The position numbers and the translations under genes were made by a program. A stretch of DNA of 64,000 bases, taken from Okamejei kenojei (lineage: Eukaryota). Shown piece after piece: positions 14,007 to 24,488 of the stretch. The stretch is taken from NCBI GenBank assembly GCA_035221665.1, contig CM069132.1:163680001-163744000 (forward strand), read 5' to 3'. The notes beneath the pieces were generated by a model. The model had not been told where the DNA came from. It saw nothing but the letters and a program-made list of their open reading frames with translations, and ran no database searches. Position 1 is the stretch's first letter, and the number at the start of each line of letters is the position of its first letter.

Positions 14007-16819
14007 CATACATACATACATATATAATCTGTCCAAAGTTGAAATACAGAAATACAGAAGTTGGGAGATCAGCATAGTCCTGACTTGCCTTAGGCAATGG
14101 ACTCCAGTTCTATCAATGATTCAAAAGATTAACATTGAAAGTAATAATGCTCATGACTTTAGTATCAGCATAAGAGTGCAAACATTGCAAATGTTACGTT
14201 ATATAATTGCATGTGGCTACAGATTACATTATCTTATATGTTTATGAATTTACCAAACAAAGCAGAACAAGAAGAGCTGGAACCAAGGTAAAATTTAAGC
14301 ATATCCTGTCGGCCAAAAATTGTGTGTGGGTCAGCATTGACTCAATATGTTAAAGTAGGTAAGAGTCTCTGTAGTGGTGAGACAGCACTATTTATTACAC
14401 ACAAAAACCACATTAAGTATCAGTAAATACTGATGGTTCTAGATCATTACATTCTAGATGGTTTTAAAACATGTTTAAGACTCAGTGGAACTAGACATTG
14501 AGATGTGGAAAATCACTCCATTAAGGAGGTAGATACATTCACAGGAATGGCACAGGATGGGTCGCTCGAGCAAAGATTCAAGGCGCAGGAGGATGGTAAA
14601 ATAAATATCAAAGTTACAAGGAACCAGTCATGGTGTCAGGATTGGACACGGCTAATACCAAGAGTGTTGGGGTTCTCTGTAATTGTTGCTTTGTTTATAT
14701 ACTATCAAATTATATTATCAATTGATATTTTGGTGATAAATTTGCCTTTCAATAGAAAGGGCATTACTTTCAATTCTTTTATAATGAAAACTTATCACAT
14801 AAACTGAGGCAATGTTTAGGAAAAAAATGTGTTATTTGCTCATTACTGTGTTGATTGAGCCAGAGTGTCGTATGGAATGAGTCTAACGACATAAAAAACA
14901 CAGAGCTACAAAATCTTCACGTAGTCACTCACGTGACTCCGAAGTACAAATAGTAAGATTAAATGAGTACTTACCAGTTCGAAGTTTGATCGTTATTTTA
15001 TGAGGAGTAACGATGAGGGATTACGTGCCCCTCCACTCCCGACCCCCATAAAATAAATGATCATCTGGTAGTTCTAAATCTATGTTGAGCCTTACTATCT
15101 TACTCCGGCTATTATGTTCTGTGTTTTTCATTGCCGCTGCTTTGAACTATGCCGATCAAGCGCCAGGCGGGGCTTCTTCACATAATCCCTCATCGTCACT
15201 CCTCATAAAATAACGATCAATACTTCGAACTGGTAAGTTCTCATTTAATGTTACTATTTTTGTGTGTATCCCTCCTCTTTACGCTGGGGACGGGCTCTCG
15301 AATCAAACTAACATTTTGCCCAATTAAGTTCTCGAATGGACTTGCGTATTCTCAGCCAAACTATTGCTCTGACCACCGAGCCCGGTACCTTTACAAGTTT
15401 CCTCGTCCGTTATTCCAGGGAGGGACTCGGATACCTTTCACACAGACACTCCTCTCTGCTGGGCATTGAGGGTTCAGTGCCTAGCCTATTCACGCTGGCG
15501 GTTGTCCATGCCGATTTTCGGAACGCACCTTTCCACTCCCGCGTGCCCAGCAAAGATAGATCGATACGTAGGTCAGACCTGTATTTCAATACCCCACGAA
15601 TTGGATACTGTAGATTGGTTAATGCATGCGCACCAGTCAGAGTAATGTACTAACACTAGTTCCACCTCACTGTACACTTCATATTAACACGCACTTCCCA
15701 TATTACGTAGTTACACCAGTAGTAGAGATAAACTAACAACGTATTATACTGCACTACTGATGATTAAAGCTGACTTTGAACACCAGACTGTGTCTGAACA
15801 GTTGTTTACATGGTGTCAGAAGTGGGATACAAACCCACGGCTCGGAGTAAATGATCAAGACTAATAAAATGCAAATAAAACCTGATAGACAGACGCAAAG
15901 GGTAATTTCCAGCTATTCTAGAGCTATTCAAAAGCTAATTTTGCAGGCTACCGAGGTGCTATCATCGTTGATGACATTCTGGTGTATGGTCATGACGTAG
16001 CGGAGCACGATTCCAATTTAAATATGATCCTGGACAGGGCACGCGAGATCAACCTAAAGTTCAACCCCATGAAGTGCAAGTTCCATGTCTCAGAGGTTAC
16101 CTACGTCGGACATGTGTTCACAAGCCGGACCCTAAGTAGAATGCAGCCATCAATGAACTACCTGCTTCCACAGACGTCCACAGCCTTCAACATTTCCTGG
16201 GTATGGTTAAGTATCTGGGCAAGTTCATACCCATCCTCAGCGAACTTATCTCGCCACTGAGACAGCTCACTCACAAGGACACTGCCTGGACCTGGTACCT
16301 GCAGCACCAACAAGTGTTCGACTCTTTAAAAATTCAAGTAGCCAGCGCTCCACCTTGACGTTATTTTGACCTCAAGCTGCCAGTCACTGTCACCTGTGAT
16401 GCCTCGCAATACTGTTTAGGGCAGCCTGCCTGCAAGCATCAGCTGATAGCACCGTGCTACCTGTATATCGTACGCCTCTCACACCATGACAGAGATCGAG
16501 CAGCGCTCTGACCAAATTGAAAAGGAGCTGCTAGCCGTCGTTTTTGCATGTTTCCAAATTTAGAGACTTTATCTGTGGGAAAACGATCACAATTAAAACT
16601 GACCACCAACCCCTGGTCCACCATCCTGAACAAACCTATTCACGCTGCACCTACAGGTTTGCAGCACATGGTGATGCAGCTCCAGCGTTTTGATTTCCAG
16701 ATTGTCGATAAAAAGGGCAACGATATGCTCATCGCCGACACTCTCTCTCGAGTGCCACTGGCATCCTGTGAACAACACCCCTTTGACTGCGAAGAGCTTG
16801 CTGTGCTTAAATTCGACTT

Positions 16820-16914
16820 AGATAGAAACTAGGTGCAGGAGGAGGCCATTCGGCCCTTTGAGCCAGCACCGCCATTCATTGTGATAATGGCTGATTGTCC
16901 CCAATCAATAACTC
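16820..16914 (-). mobile_element. CR1/HE1-type 3' tail inserted in the Gypsy element
   Basis: aggtgcaggaggaggccattcggccct.gagccagcaccgccattc, the same tail as other CR1 copies in the window. Confidence 0.8.
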
Positions 16915-17043
16915 ATGGAACGATTGCTTCGCCTGGCGGAACACACAGCAGCTGACAGAACGCTGCAGCTGGTCTCCTCCATTATCAAGAGGGGTTGGCC
17001 CACAAAACGATCCAGCACACCACTAGATATACAGCCATTCATC

Positions 17044-17249
17044 CCCTTTCTCCAATTCTTTGACCAAGGGTTTTTCCCTTTGGCACACGCTTTCACTTTC
17101 ACAACTCTTTACGCCTACTTTACTCTCTTTGTTTCTATTCTTTTTTCTTAAAAGCCATAAAATTATGGGGTACAATGATTGTAACAATATATATGTGATG
17201 TGCACTGATGTATTTACCTCTATTAAATAAAAATAAGAAAAATAAAAAA
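17044..17249 (+). mobile_element. Short 5'-truncated L1-like 3' end inserted in the Gypsy element
   Basis: 19-bp TSD agatatacagccattcatc (17025-17043 and 17250-17268), AATAAA and an A-rich tail. Confidence 0.8.
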
Positions 17250-19160
17250 AGATATACAGCCATTCATCTTAGTTCGCGATGAACTGGTGGAACAAGACGG
17301 GATCATTGTGAAGGGCCACAAAGTTGTGATTCCCTCATCCCTGCAAGATGAATACTACAAAGACGTCCGCAGTGGCCACCCAGGTACTGAGGCCACGCTC
17401 GCCCGTGCCCAAAGCATGTTTTATTGGCCAGGCATGACCAAATATATACGTGAAAATACGGCATCCTGCTCCACTTGCAACAGCTTAGCACCCCACCAAC
17501 AGAAACAGCCTCTCCTGCAACAACCCGCTCCCAACTACCTTTGACATCCGTTGCTGCGGATATTTTTGAATGGCTTGGTAAACACTATAGTTCTGGTCGA
17601 TTCCTATTCCAATTGGTTTGAACTTGATCTGCTGCTTACCATTACATCTGAGATGGTTATACAGAAGCTTCAGAGACATTTATCTGTACACGGCGTACCA
17701 GTTCGACTGCAAACTGACAACGGGAGACAGTTCACCAGCCAGGCATTTAAAAACTTTGCTAAACGATGGAACTTTCAGCATGTTACCAGCAGCCCCGAAT
17801 ACCCTCAATCCAACGGCCTCGCTGAGCGTGCTGTCAGGAGCGCAAAACAGCGAATGGAACGTTTGCATCTTGCCAGTTCCGACATCTACCTGGATCTGCT
17901 AAACCTGGGAAACATTTCCGGGGATGGTGTTCTAGGCTCACCCGCCCAGCGGCTGATGTCCCGCACGACACGGCCCCAGCTCCCCGTCGCCCAGCAACAG
18001 CTGAAGCCACAGGTGCTCAAACCAGCTGTGGGCCAGAGGCACATTCAGGAGAAACACGATGTCCAGAAGCGTTTCTATGACAGGTCGAGCAGGCCACTTA
18101 AACCGTTACTGGGTCAAGTGGTTCACCTGCAGACTGCAGTTGGACATACCCGACTGGGTTTCGTTGAGGGGCCAGCCAAGGAACCTCGTTCCTACCTTGT
18201 CAACGTTGATGGTGTTCTGTACCGGCTCAGCCGTCAACATCTACTGCCCGTGAACGAACCGCGACCATCTCCTCCCGGTCCCCATGAAACCGCCGTTGGT
18301 TTCAACACACCTGCTGCTGTTGTCCGTCCCTGACCCCCTGACCCCAGCATGTATTCCCCGCGTCGTTTCGGTTCCCTCGTCCCCCAGTGCCCTAGACCTG
18401 CATCCTCGCCCCGACGCTCCTCTCCAGGCTCCCCGGCTGCGTTCCCCTTCTTTGGTTCTCCACCACCCAGCCCTACTAACTTTTCCGGAACGGAGGGGAA
18501 GGGTTTCTCCGTACGTGTTCGGGGCGGTTTAGCAGACCGCCCGATAGGTACGGTGAGTATGTTTAAAAAAACCGCATGTGTTTTAACAACTGCTCTTTTT
18601 CTCTAAGGGAAGGATGTAGATTGGTTAATGCATGTGCACCAAACAGAGTAATGTACTAACACTAGCTCCACCTTACCCTTTATATTAACACTCATTTCCC
18701 ATATTACGTAGTTACACTGGTGGTAGAGATGAACTAACACCGTATTGTACTACACCACCATGACTAATGATTAAAGATGCGTTAAACACCAGACGGTGTC
18801 TGTACAGTTGTTTACAGGTACCAAATCTAACCTTGGGCCACTCCTCGCCCAATGAAAACGCGTCAGGCTCTCGTTAAAGCAGCTGCAGTCTGCCAACTAC
18901 GACCAAGGTTTGGGTCACACCACGCCCGGTTTTATGGGCTCCCAACCCAAAGGAGTGCTAACCACCCCACGTGCTTGCTAGACTCTATTCTAATAATCTC
19001 GATTAGACCCTTTCCCAAGCCCGTGAATGATCGATCCGCTCCCCACTAACGAAGAGCCGAAAATTAATGCGAAAACAGCACCATGGGCCCGATTTCTGCA
19101 CTCGCCATCGAACCAGCTCAACACCTTTGACCACAAACTTGTGTTTGGGGATCCGCTGAA

Positions 19161-19178
19161 ATCCCGGATGAGCCCCCA
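19161..19178 (-). promoter_or_regulatory. tRNA-Pro primer-binding site of a probable class I (gamma/epsilon-like) endogenous retrovirus
   Basis: Minus strand reads TGGGGGCTCATCCGGGAT, 17/18 identical to the canonical PBS-Pro TGGGGGCTCGTCCGGGAT, immediately 3' of an LTR-like segment. Confidence 0.85.
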
Positions 19179-19179
19179 A

Positions 19180-19934
19180 TCTAAATAGCTAATTCTAGTT
19201 TCAGTCAAAAAACCACTGAGTCAAGCACTTGCACAACTAATCTTTATTTTGACAAAACACAATTACAATTCAATCACTATACCTAACCGCTGTGGGTTCG
19301 ATCCTCCTATCTGCCGGATCAAGCCCTCTAGGTCTCGTTCAAACAGAGTCGCTCCAGAAGGTCACACAGTCCCACGTGCCCTCCCAGAAGATCGATGAAT
19401 GACCTCATGGCAGCGGACTTCTATAGGTCCCCAGACCTTGAGGGACTAAACCACAAGGGGGTGGTCTCTTTGCAATCCAATTACAGATATCGATTAACCC
19501 CATACATGAAATACATTTGCCTAACCCAATAATACAGTGGCTAATACATTGTATTCAAACTGTGTTTCTCAAAGGAAGCAAACATCGCAACATTTACCCT
19601 GATCTGCATGAAAACCAGACAAGGCTCAATACCTCATCCAATCAACATTCCGTGCGGTAAAGTTTTGCAACATTATTTACAATTATTTACAAGGTGCATG
19701 TCTGGTTTGCATTCATCCAATCCATTCTTTTGCACCTAATTGACAGGGTCTGCAGATGTTCGCATTCTCTTGCTGCAGCTCAGATCTAGGCTCCAGACAA
19801 ACTGGCACCACTCTGCAGCTTGTCCCAGTTCCATGGAGAGCACTTTCAAATTGACCAAATCTACCAGCAGCCTGAAGCGTTTACTCAATTTTAAAGTCTT
19901 AGCCTCTCCAATCTGGCCAGGATTAACATCCTTA
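19180..19934 (-). mobile_element. Candidate ERV 5' LTR (outer end may be at 20625, just beyond the Harbinger MITE)
   Basis: Adjoins the PBS. Minus-strand AATAAA at 19243-19248 and several CCAAT boxes. Removing the MITE restores a TGTAAGGATG start. The inner end reads TTTAGA where TTACA would be expected. Confidence 0.55.
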
Positions 19935-20620
19935 AGGGCCTGTCCTTGGCATGTTAATAATGCGACCTCGTGGTCGCATTGAGGCGTGACGGTCCCGCGA
20001 AGGTCGGGTGCGACTTCATTCGACCGCACAGCCGTCTGGAGCGCGTGACGTCATTTAAAGATGGACGCAAAATGCAGGAGTAACTCAGCGGGACCGGCAG
20101 CATCTCTGGAGGGAAGGAATGGATGATGTTTCGGGTCGAGACTCTTCTTCAGTCTGAAAGAAGGGTCTTGACCCGAAACGTCACCCATTGCTTCTCTCCA
20201 GAGATGCTGCTGGTCCCGCTGAGTTACTCCAGCATTTTGTGTCTATCTTCTATTTTCTTGGCCCCGCTCTGGGAGTAGAAGTGGGGGCGGATCCGGATCC
20301 GCAACGGCCGTGAGCCCCAGACCGAGCTCGGCGATCGTTTGCCTGCTTCTGCTGCTGTTGGAGGTGAGATGTTGTGTAGCGCCAGGGTCTTGGGCCTGTC
20401 CCACTTTGGCCGTCAGTTACGCGACAGGCCGTTGGCGCGCGAAGATTTAGTTCACTACACAAAAATTTTGGAGCCCCGCGCGATGTCTCGCACAACTACA
20501 CACCCCTCTGCGCTTCTCAGTGGGACCGGCCCCGCGCAGCCATACGATGCCCGTGCGCCTCAACGCGACCATGAGGTCGCGTAATTTGCGTGCCAAGGAC
20601 ACGTAAGTGGGACAGGCCCT
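19935..20620. mobile_element. PIF/Harbinger-type non-autonomous element (MITE)
   Basis: TIRs AGGGCCTGTCC.../...GGACAGGCCCT with longer subterminal inverted identity. 3-bp TTA TSD at 19932-19934 and 20621-20623. Confidence 0.75.
20058..20249. repeat. About 190-bp palindrome derived from Penelope-type termini, with an inverted pair of minimal hammerhead-ribozyme motifs
   Basis: Near-perfect hairpin centred on 20153. Plus arm CTGAAAGA-A-GGGTC-TT-GACCC-GAAAC-GTC (20154-20182). Minus arm CTGAAGA-A-GAGTC-TC-GACCC-GAAAC-ATC. Confidence 0.75.
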
Positions 20621-21234
20621 TTACACATTGCATTTTTCTTGTGCAAAACGTAAAGTATTTCCAAGAAGAGAGGATGGGGACAATAAGGTGCATCTCCATT
20701 GTGAGCTTTCGTGGATGCCTTATAAAAGAGATCTGGGAAGAAAATGTGGAATCCAACCTGAGTTGTTCTGCTTATATTGATCTTTGTGCCGTGTAGATTC
20801 GCGATTGGTCTGTTGATGATTATGGCAAGGCAGGGATGGGTGTGCCTTCAGAGCTGCTTTCGATTGATGGATATGGACTGTGAGGAGAGTTTTGACACAC
20901 CTGGATTGTTTTCTCTGGAGCGGATGAAAATGAGGGTGACCTCAACGATGTTTCCAAAATTCTGAAAGATACAGTTAGGATAGTCTAAATGTCTTCCGCA
21001 ATATTGAGACTCAAATATTAGAATATATAGGATTGAGGTCAGAGGGCAGTAGACGTGCGGGGCAGGACCTACACCCAGAGAGTGACAGTTATCTGGACTG
21101 TAGCCAAGACTGTTGGTGAAACCAGATGAAATAAGTATGCTTAGGAGATGTGCCTATGGAATGTGTTGACAAGAATCATATGCATGCATAAATAATTAGT
21201 TTAATGTGGTATTGTGTTTGACCCAGCTGTCGTG

Positions 21235-21480
21235 GTGAGGGGTGGGGGGGAGGCAAGGTGAGGGGTGGGAAGGGTGGGAAGGGGAGTGGGGGCGGGAAGG
21301 TGAGGTGTGGGGGGCAGGAAGGGGAGCGGAGGGGGGGGCGGGAAGGTGAGGGGTGTTGGGAAGGGGAGGGGAGGGGAGGGGGGTTGGGGGGCGGGAAGGG
21401 GAGGGGTGGGGGTGCGGGGAGGGGAGGGAGGGGGGGTTGGGGGGTGGGAAGGGGAGGGGTGGGGGTGCGGGGAGGGGAAG
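21235..21480 (+). repeat. G-rich low-complexity tract
   Basis: Dense runs of G3-G8 separated by 1-4 nt. Confidence 0.85.
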
Positions 21481-21782
21481 GAACCTGCAGTTCCTTGTGT
21501 CCACATTCCCAGTGGCTTGGAATGGACAGAGTTGTGGGTGTGGCCGATAATGCAAGAATTAGTACTGGCTCGAAGGACCGAACGGCCTACTCCTGCAAAC
21601 CTATTGTCTAAACTTTTACTGTGAATGTTGCTGATGTATCTTCTTCTGTTCCTTGTTCCTCCTCTCCCACTCTTTCTACACTCTTTCTCCCCCCCCTACC
21701 CCCCTCTCTCCCCCTCTCTCTCCCCCCTCTTTCTCTCCTCCCTCTCTCCCCCCTCTCTCTCCCCCGTCTTTCTCCCCCTCTT

Positions 21783-21980
21783 TCCGAGGGCGGTGGAGGC
21801 CGGTTCTCTGGATACTTTCAAGAGAGAGCTAGATAGGGCTCTTGAGGATAGCAGAGTCAGGGGATACGGGGAGAAGGCAGGAACAGGGTACTGATTGGGG
21901 ATGATCAGCCATGATCACATTGAATGGCGGTGCTGGCTCGAAGGGCCGAATGGCCTACTCCTGCACCTATTGTCTATTGG
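21783..21980 (+). mobile_element. CR1/HE1 3' end
   Basis: gagagctagatagggctctt...gatcagccatgatcacattgaatggcggtgctggctcgaagggccgaatggcctactcctgcacctat. Confidence 0.85.
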
Positions 21981-22122
21981 GCTTTTGGAATCCACAGAGA
22001 CCATCGGTCGCCCGTTCACACTAGTTCGACGTTCTATTCTAATCATGTGATAGGAGCAGAATTAGGCCATTCGGCCCATGAAGTCTACTCTGCCATTCAA
22101 TCCCACTTTCTCATCCACTCCC

Positions 22123-22780
22123 TGAGTTTGAGTTTGAGAGTTTGAGTGTTTGAGAGTTTGAGTTTGAGAGTTTGAGTTTGAGGTTGTGAGTTTGAGAGTT
22201 TGAGTTTTAGAGTTTGAGTTGGAGAGTGTGAGTTTGAGAGTATGAGAGTTTGAGTTTGACTTTGAGAGTTTGAGTTTGAGATTTTGAGAGTGAGAGTTTG
22301 AGAGTTTGAGAGTTTGAGTTTGAGAGTTTGAGTTTGAGATTTGAAAGTTTGAATTTGAAAGTTTGAGTTTGAGAGTTTGAGAGTTTGAGAGTTTGTGTTT
22401 GAGATTTGAAAGTTTGAATTTGAAAGTTTGAGTTTGAGAGTTTGAGAATTTGAGAGTTTGAGCTTGAGAGTTTGAGTTTGAGGGTTTGAGTTTGAGGGTT
22501 TGAGTTTGAGAGTTTGAGTTTGACAGTTTGACAGTTTGACAGTTTGACAGTTTGAGAGTATGAGAGTTTGTGTTTGAGAGTTTGAGTTTGAGAGTTTGAG
22601 TTTGAGAGTTTGAGAGTTTGATTTTGAGAGTTTGAGTTTGAGAGTTTGACAGTTTGACAGTTTGAGAGTTTGAGAGTATGAGAGTTTGTGTTTGAGAGTT
22701 TGAGTTTGAGAGTTTGAGTTTGAGAGTTTGAGAGTTTGAGTTTGAGAGTTTGAGTTTGAGAGTTTGAGAGTTTGAGAGAT
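22123..22780 (+). repeat. (TTTGAG/TTTGAGAG)n satellite array 1
   Basis: Direct reading of mixed 6- and 8-mer units. Confidence 0.95.
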
Positions 22781-23230
22781 TGAAACCTATCCAAGTCATC
22801 TTGCAGTCTCCTAGCATCCTGCTCACAGCTAACACTGCCCCCCAGCTCCGTGTCATCCGCAAACTTGGAGATGTTGCATTCAATTTCCTCGACCAGATCA
22901 TTAATATATATTGTAAAATAGCTGGGGGTCCCAGCACCGAGCCTAGCGATACCCCACTAGTTCACTGCCTGCCATTCTGAAAAACGACCCGTTTACTCCT
23001 ACTCTTTGCTTCCTTTCTGCCAGCCAGTTCTCTATCCAGGTGAATACTGAACCCCAATACCGTGTGCTTTAAGTTTGTATACTAATCCCCTTATGTGGGA
23101 CCTGGTCGAAAGCCTTCTGGAAGTCCAGATATACCACATCCACTGGTTCTCCCTTATCCACGCTATTAGTTACATTCTCGAAAAATTCCACAAGATTCGT
23201 CGGACATGATTTACCTTTCGTAAATCCATG
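22781..23230 (-). mobile_element. CR1 RT fragment
   Basis: Minus strand encodes YLDFQKAFD and GSVLGP..FADDT-type motifs. Confidence 0.85.
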
Positions 23231-23750
23231 CTGAGTTTGTTTGAGTTTGAGAGTTTGAGAGTTTGCGTTTGAGAGATTGAGTTTTGAGAGTTTGAGTTTG
23301 AGAGTTTGAGAGTTTTGAGTTGAGAGTTTGAGTTTGAGTTTGAGAGTTTGAGTTTGAGTTTGAGAGTTTGAGTTTGAGAGTTTTGAGTTTGAGATTTTGA
23401 GTTTGAGAGTTTGAGTTTGAGTTTGAGATTTTGAGTTTGATAGTTTGTGTTTGGGAGTTTGAGATTGAGAGTTTCAGTTTGAGAGTTTGAGTTTGAGGTT
23501 GTGAGTTTGAGAGTTTGAGTTTGAGAGTGTGAGTTTGAGAGTGTGAGTTTGAGAGTATGAGAGTTTTGAGTTTGAGTTTGAGTTTGAGAGTTTGATTTTG
23601 AGAGTTTGAGTTTGAGAGTTTGACAATTTGACAGTATGAGAGTTTGAGAGTATGAGAGTTTGTGTTTGAGAGTTTGAGTTTGACAGTTTGAGTTTGACAG
23701 TTTGAGTTTGAGAGTTTGAGTTTGAGAGTTTGAGAGTTTTGAGAGATTGA
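23231..23750 (+). repeat. (TTTGAG/TTTGAGAG)n satellite array 2
   Basis: Direct reading. Confidence 0.95.
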
Positions 23751-24125
23751 AACCTAACCAAGTCACCTTGCATCCTCCTAGCATCCTCCTCACAGCTAAC
23801 ACTGCCCCCCAGCTCCGTGTCATCCGCAAACGTGGAGATGTTGCATTCAATTTCCTCGACCAGATCGTTAATATATATTGTAAATAGCTGGGGTCCCAGC
23901 ACTGAGCCTAGCGATACCCCACTAGTCACTGCCTGCCATTCTGAAAACGGCCCGTTTACTCCTACTCTTTGCTTTATGTCTGCCAGCCAGTTCGCTATCC
24001 GCATCAATACTGAACCCCCAATACCGTGTGCTTTATGTTTGCATACTAATCTCTTATGTGGGACCTTGTCGAATGCCTTCTGAAAGTCCAGATATAAACA
24101 CATCATCTGGTTTCCCTTATCCACC
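23751..24125 (-). mobile_element. CR1 RT fragment
   Basis: ORF 23474-24250 contains [16 protein letters not shown]...[16 protein letters not shown]...FADDTEL. Confidence 0.9.
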
Positions 24126-24130
24126 CCCAA

Positions 24131-24482
24131 ACCGCTACAACCACTGCACCCGTCGCTACAACCGCTCCTGGGCCTCTGTGTATCAAAGCCCCGCCACTGC
24201 CCGGACGCTGCACCAGCCGCTACAACCGCTCCTGGGCCTCTGTGTATCAAAGCCCGCTACAACCACTGCACCAGCCGCTACAACCGCTCCTGGGCCTCTG
24301 TGTATCAAAGCCCGCTACAACCACTGCACCAGCCGCTACAACCGCTCTGGGCCTCTGTGTATCAAAGCCCGCTACAACCACTGCACCAGCCGCTACAACC
24401 GCTCCTGGGCCTCTGTGTATCAAAGTCCGCTACAACCACTGCACCCGCCGCTACAACCGCTCTTGGGCTTCCAACCGCTCCT
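24131..24482 (+). repeat. About 58-bp tandem repeat (5-6 copies)
   Basis: Unit cccgctacaaccactgcaccagccgctacaaccgctcctgggcctctgtgtatcaaag. Confidence 0.9.
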
Positions 24483-24488
24483 GAACCA

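Larger units (their letters stand above)
2081..15260 (+). mobile_element. Outer DIRS1-type tyrosine-recombinase retrotransposon, coding region decayed; hosts the inner DIRS and a Rex1 LINE
   Basis: Left terminus ttcggagtcacgtgagtgactacgtgaagaagcccgctggagcttgatggcat. Matching inverted right ITR atgccgatcaagcgccaggcggggcttcttcac at about 15149-15181. ICR at about 14915-15027 is complementary to both ends. Remnant RT/RNaseH/YR-like peptides such as RVQTLQMLR. Confidence 0.85.
15609..18816 (+). mobile_element. Gypsy/Ty3 LTR retrotransposon, internally deleted (RT C-terminus, RNaseH, integrase)
   Basis: 202-bp TG...CA LTRs at 15609-15810 and 18615-18816. PBS TGGTGTCAGAAGTGGGAT (tRNA-Leu type) at 15811-15828. 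PPT aagggaagga before the 3' LTR. TSD gatac/ggtac. RT IIVDDILVYG; integrase HPG..CSTC, TDNGRQF and PQSNGLAERAV. Confidence 0.95.

Noticed and set aside
19150-19180. tRNA-Pro gene on the plus strand
   Set aside because: Only the 3' 18-20 nt including CCA match and the rest of the cloverleaf is absent, which is the signature of a PBS.
21196-21624. Pro-rich and Gly-rich ORFs
   Set aside because: Translations of the G-rich low-complexity tract; no exon structure.
22062-23850. Long ORFs rich in [12 protein letters not shown]
   Set aside because: They are translations of the CTCAAA satellite strand, which has few stop codons, fused to CR1 fragments.
24131-24482. CRISPR-like appearance of the repeats
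   Set aside because: Contiguous tandem units with no unique spacers, in a vertebrate context.
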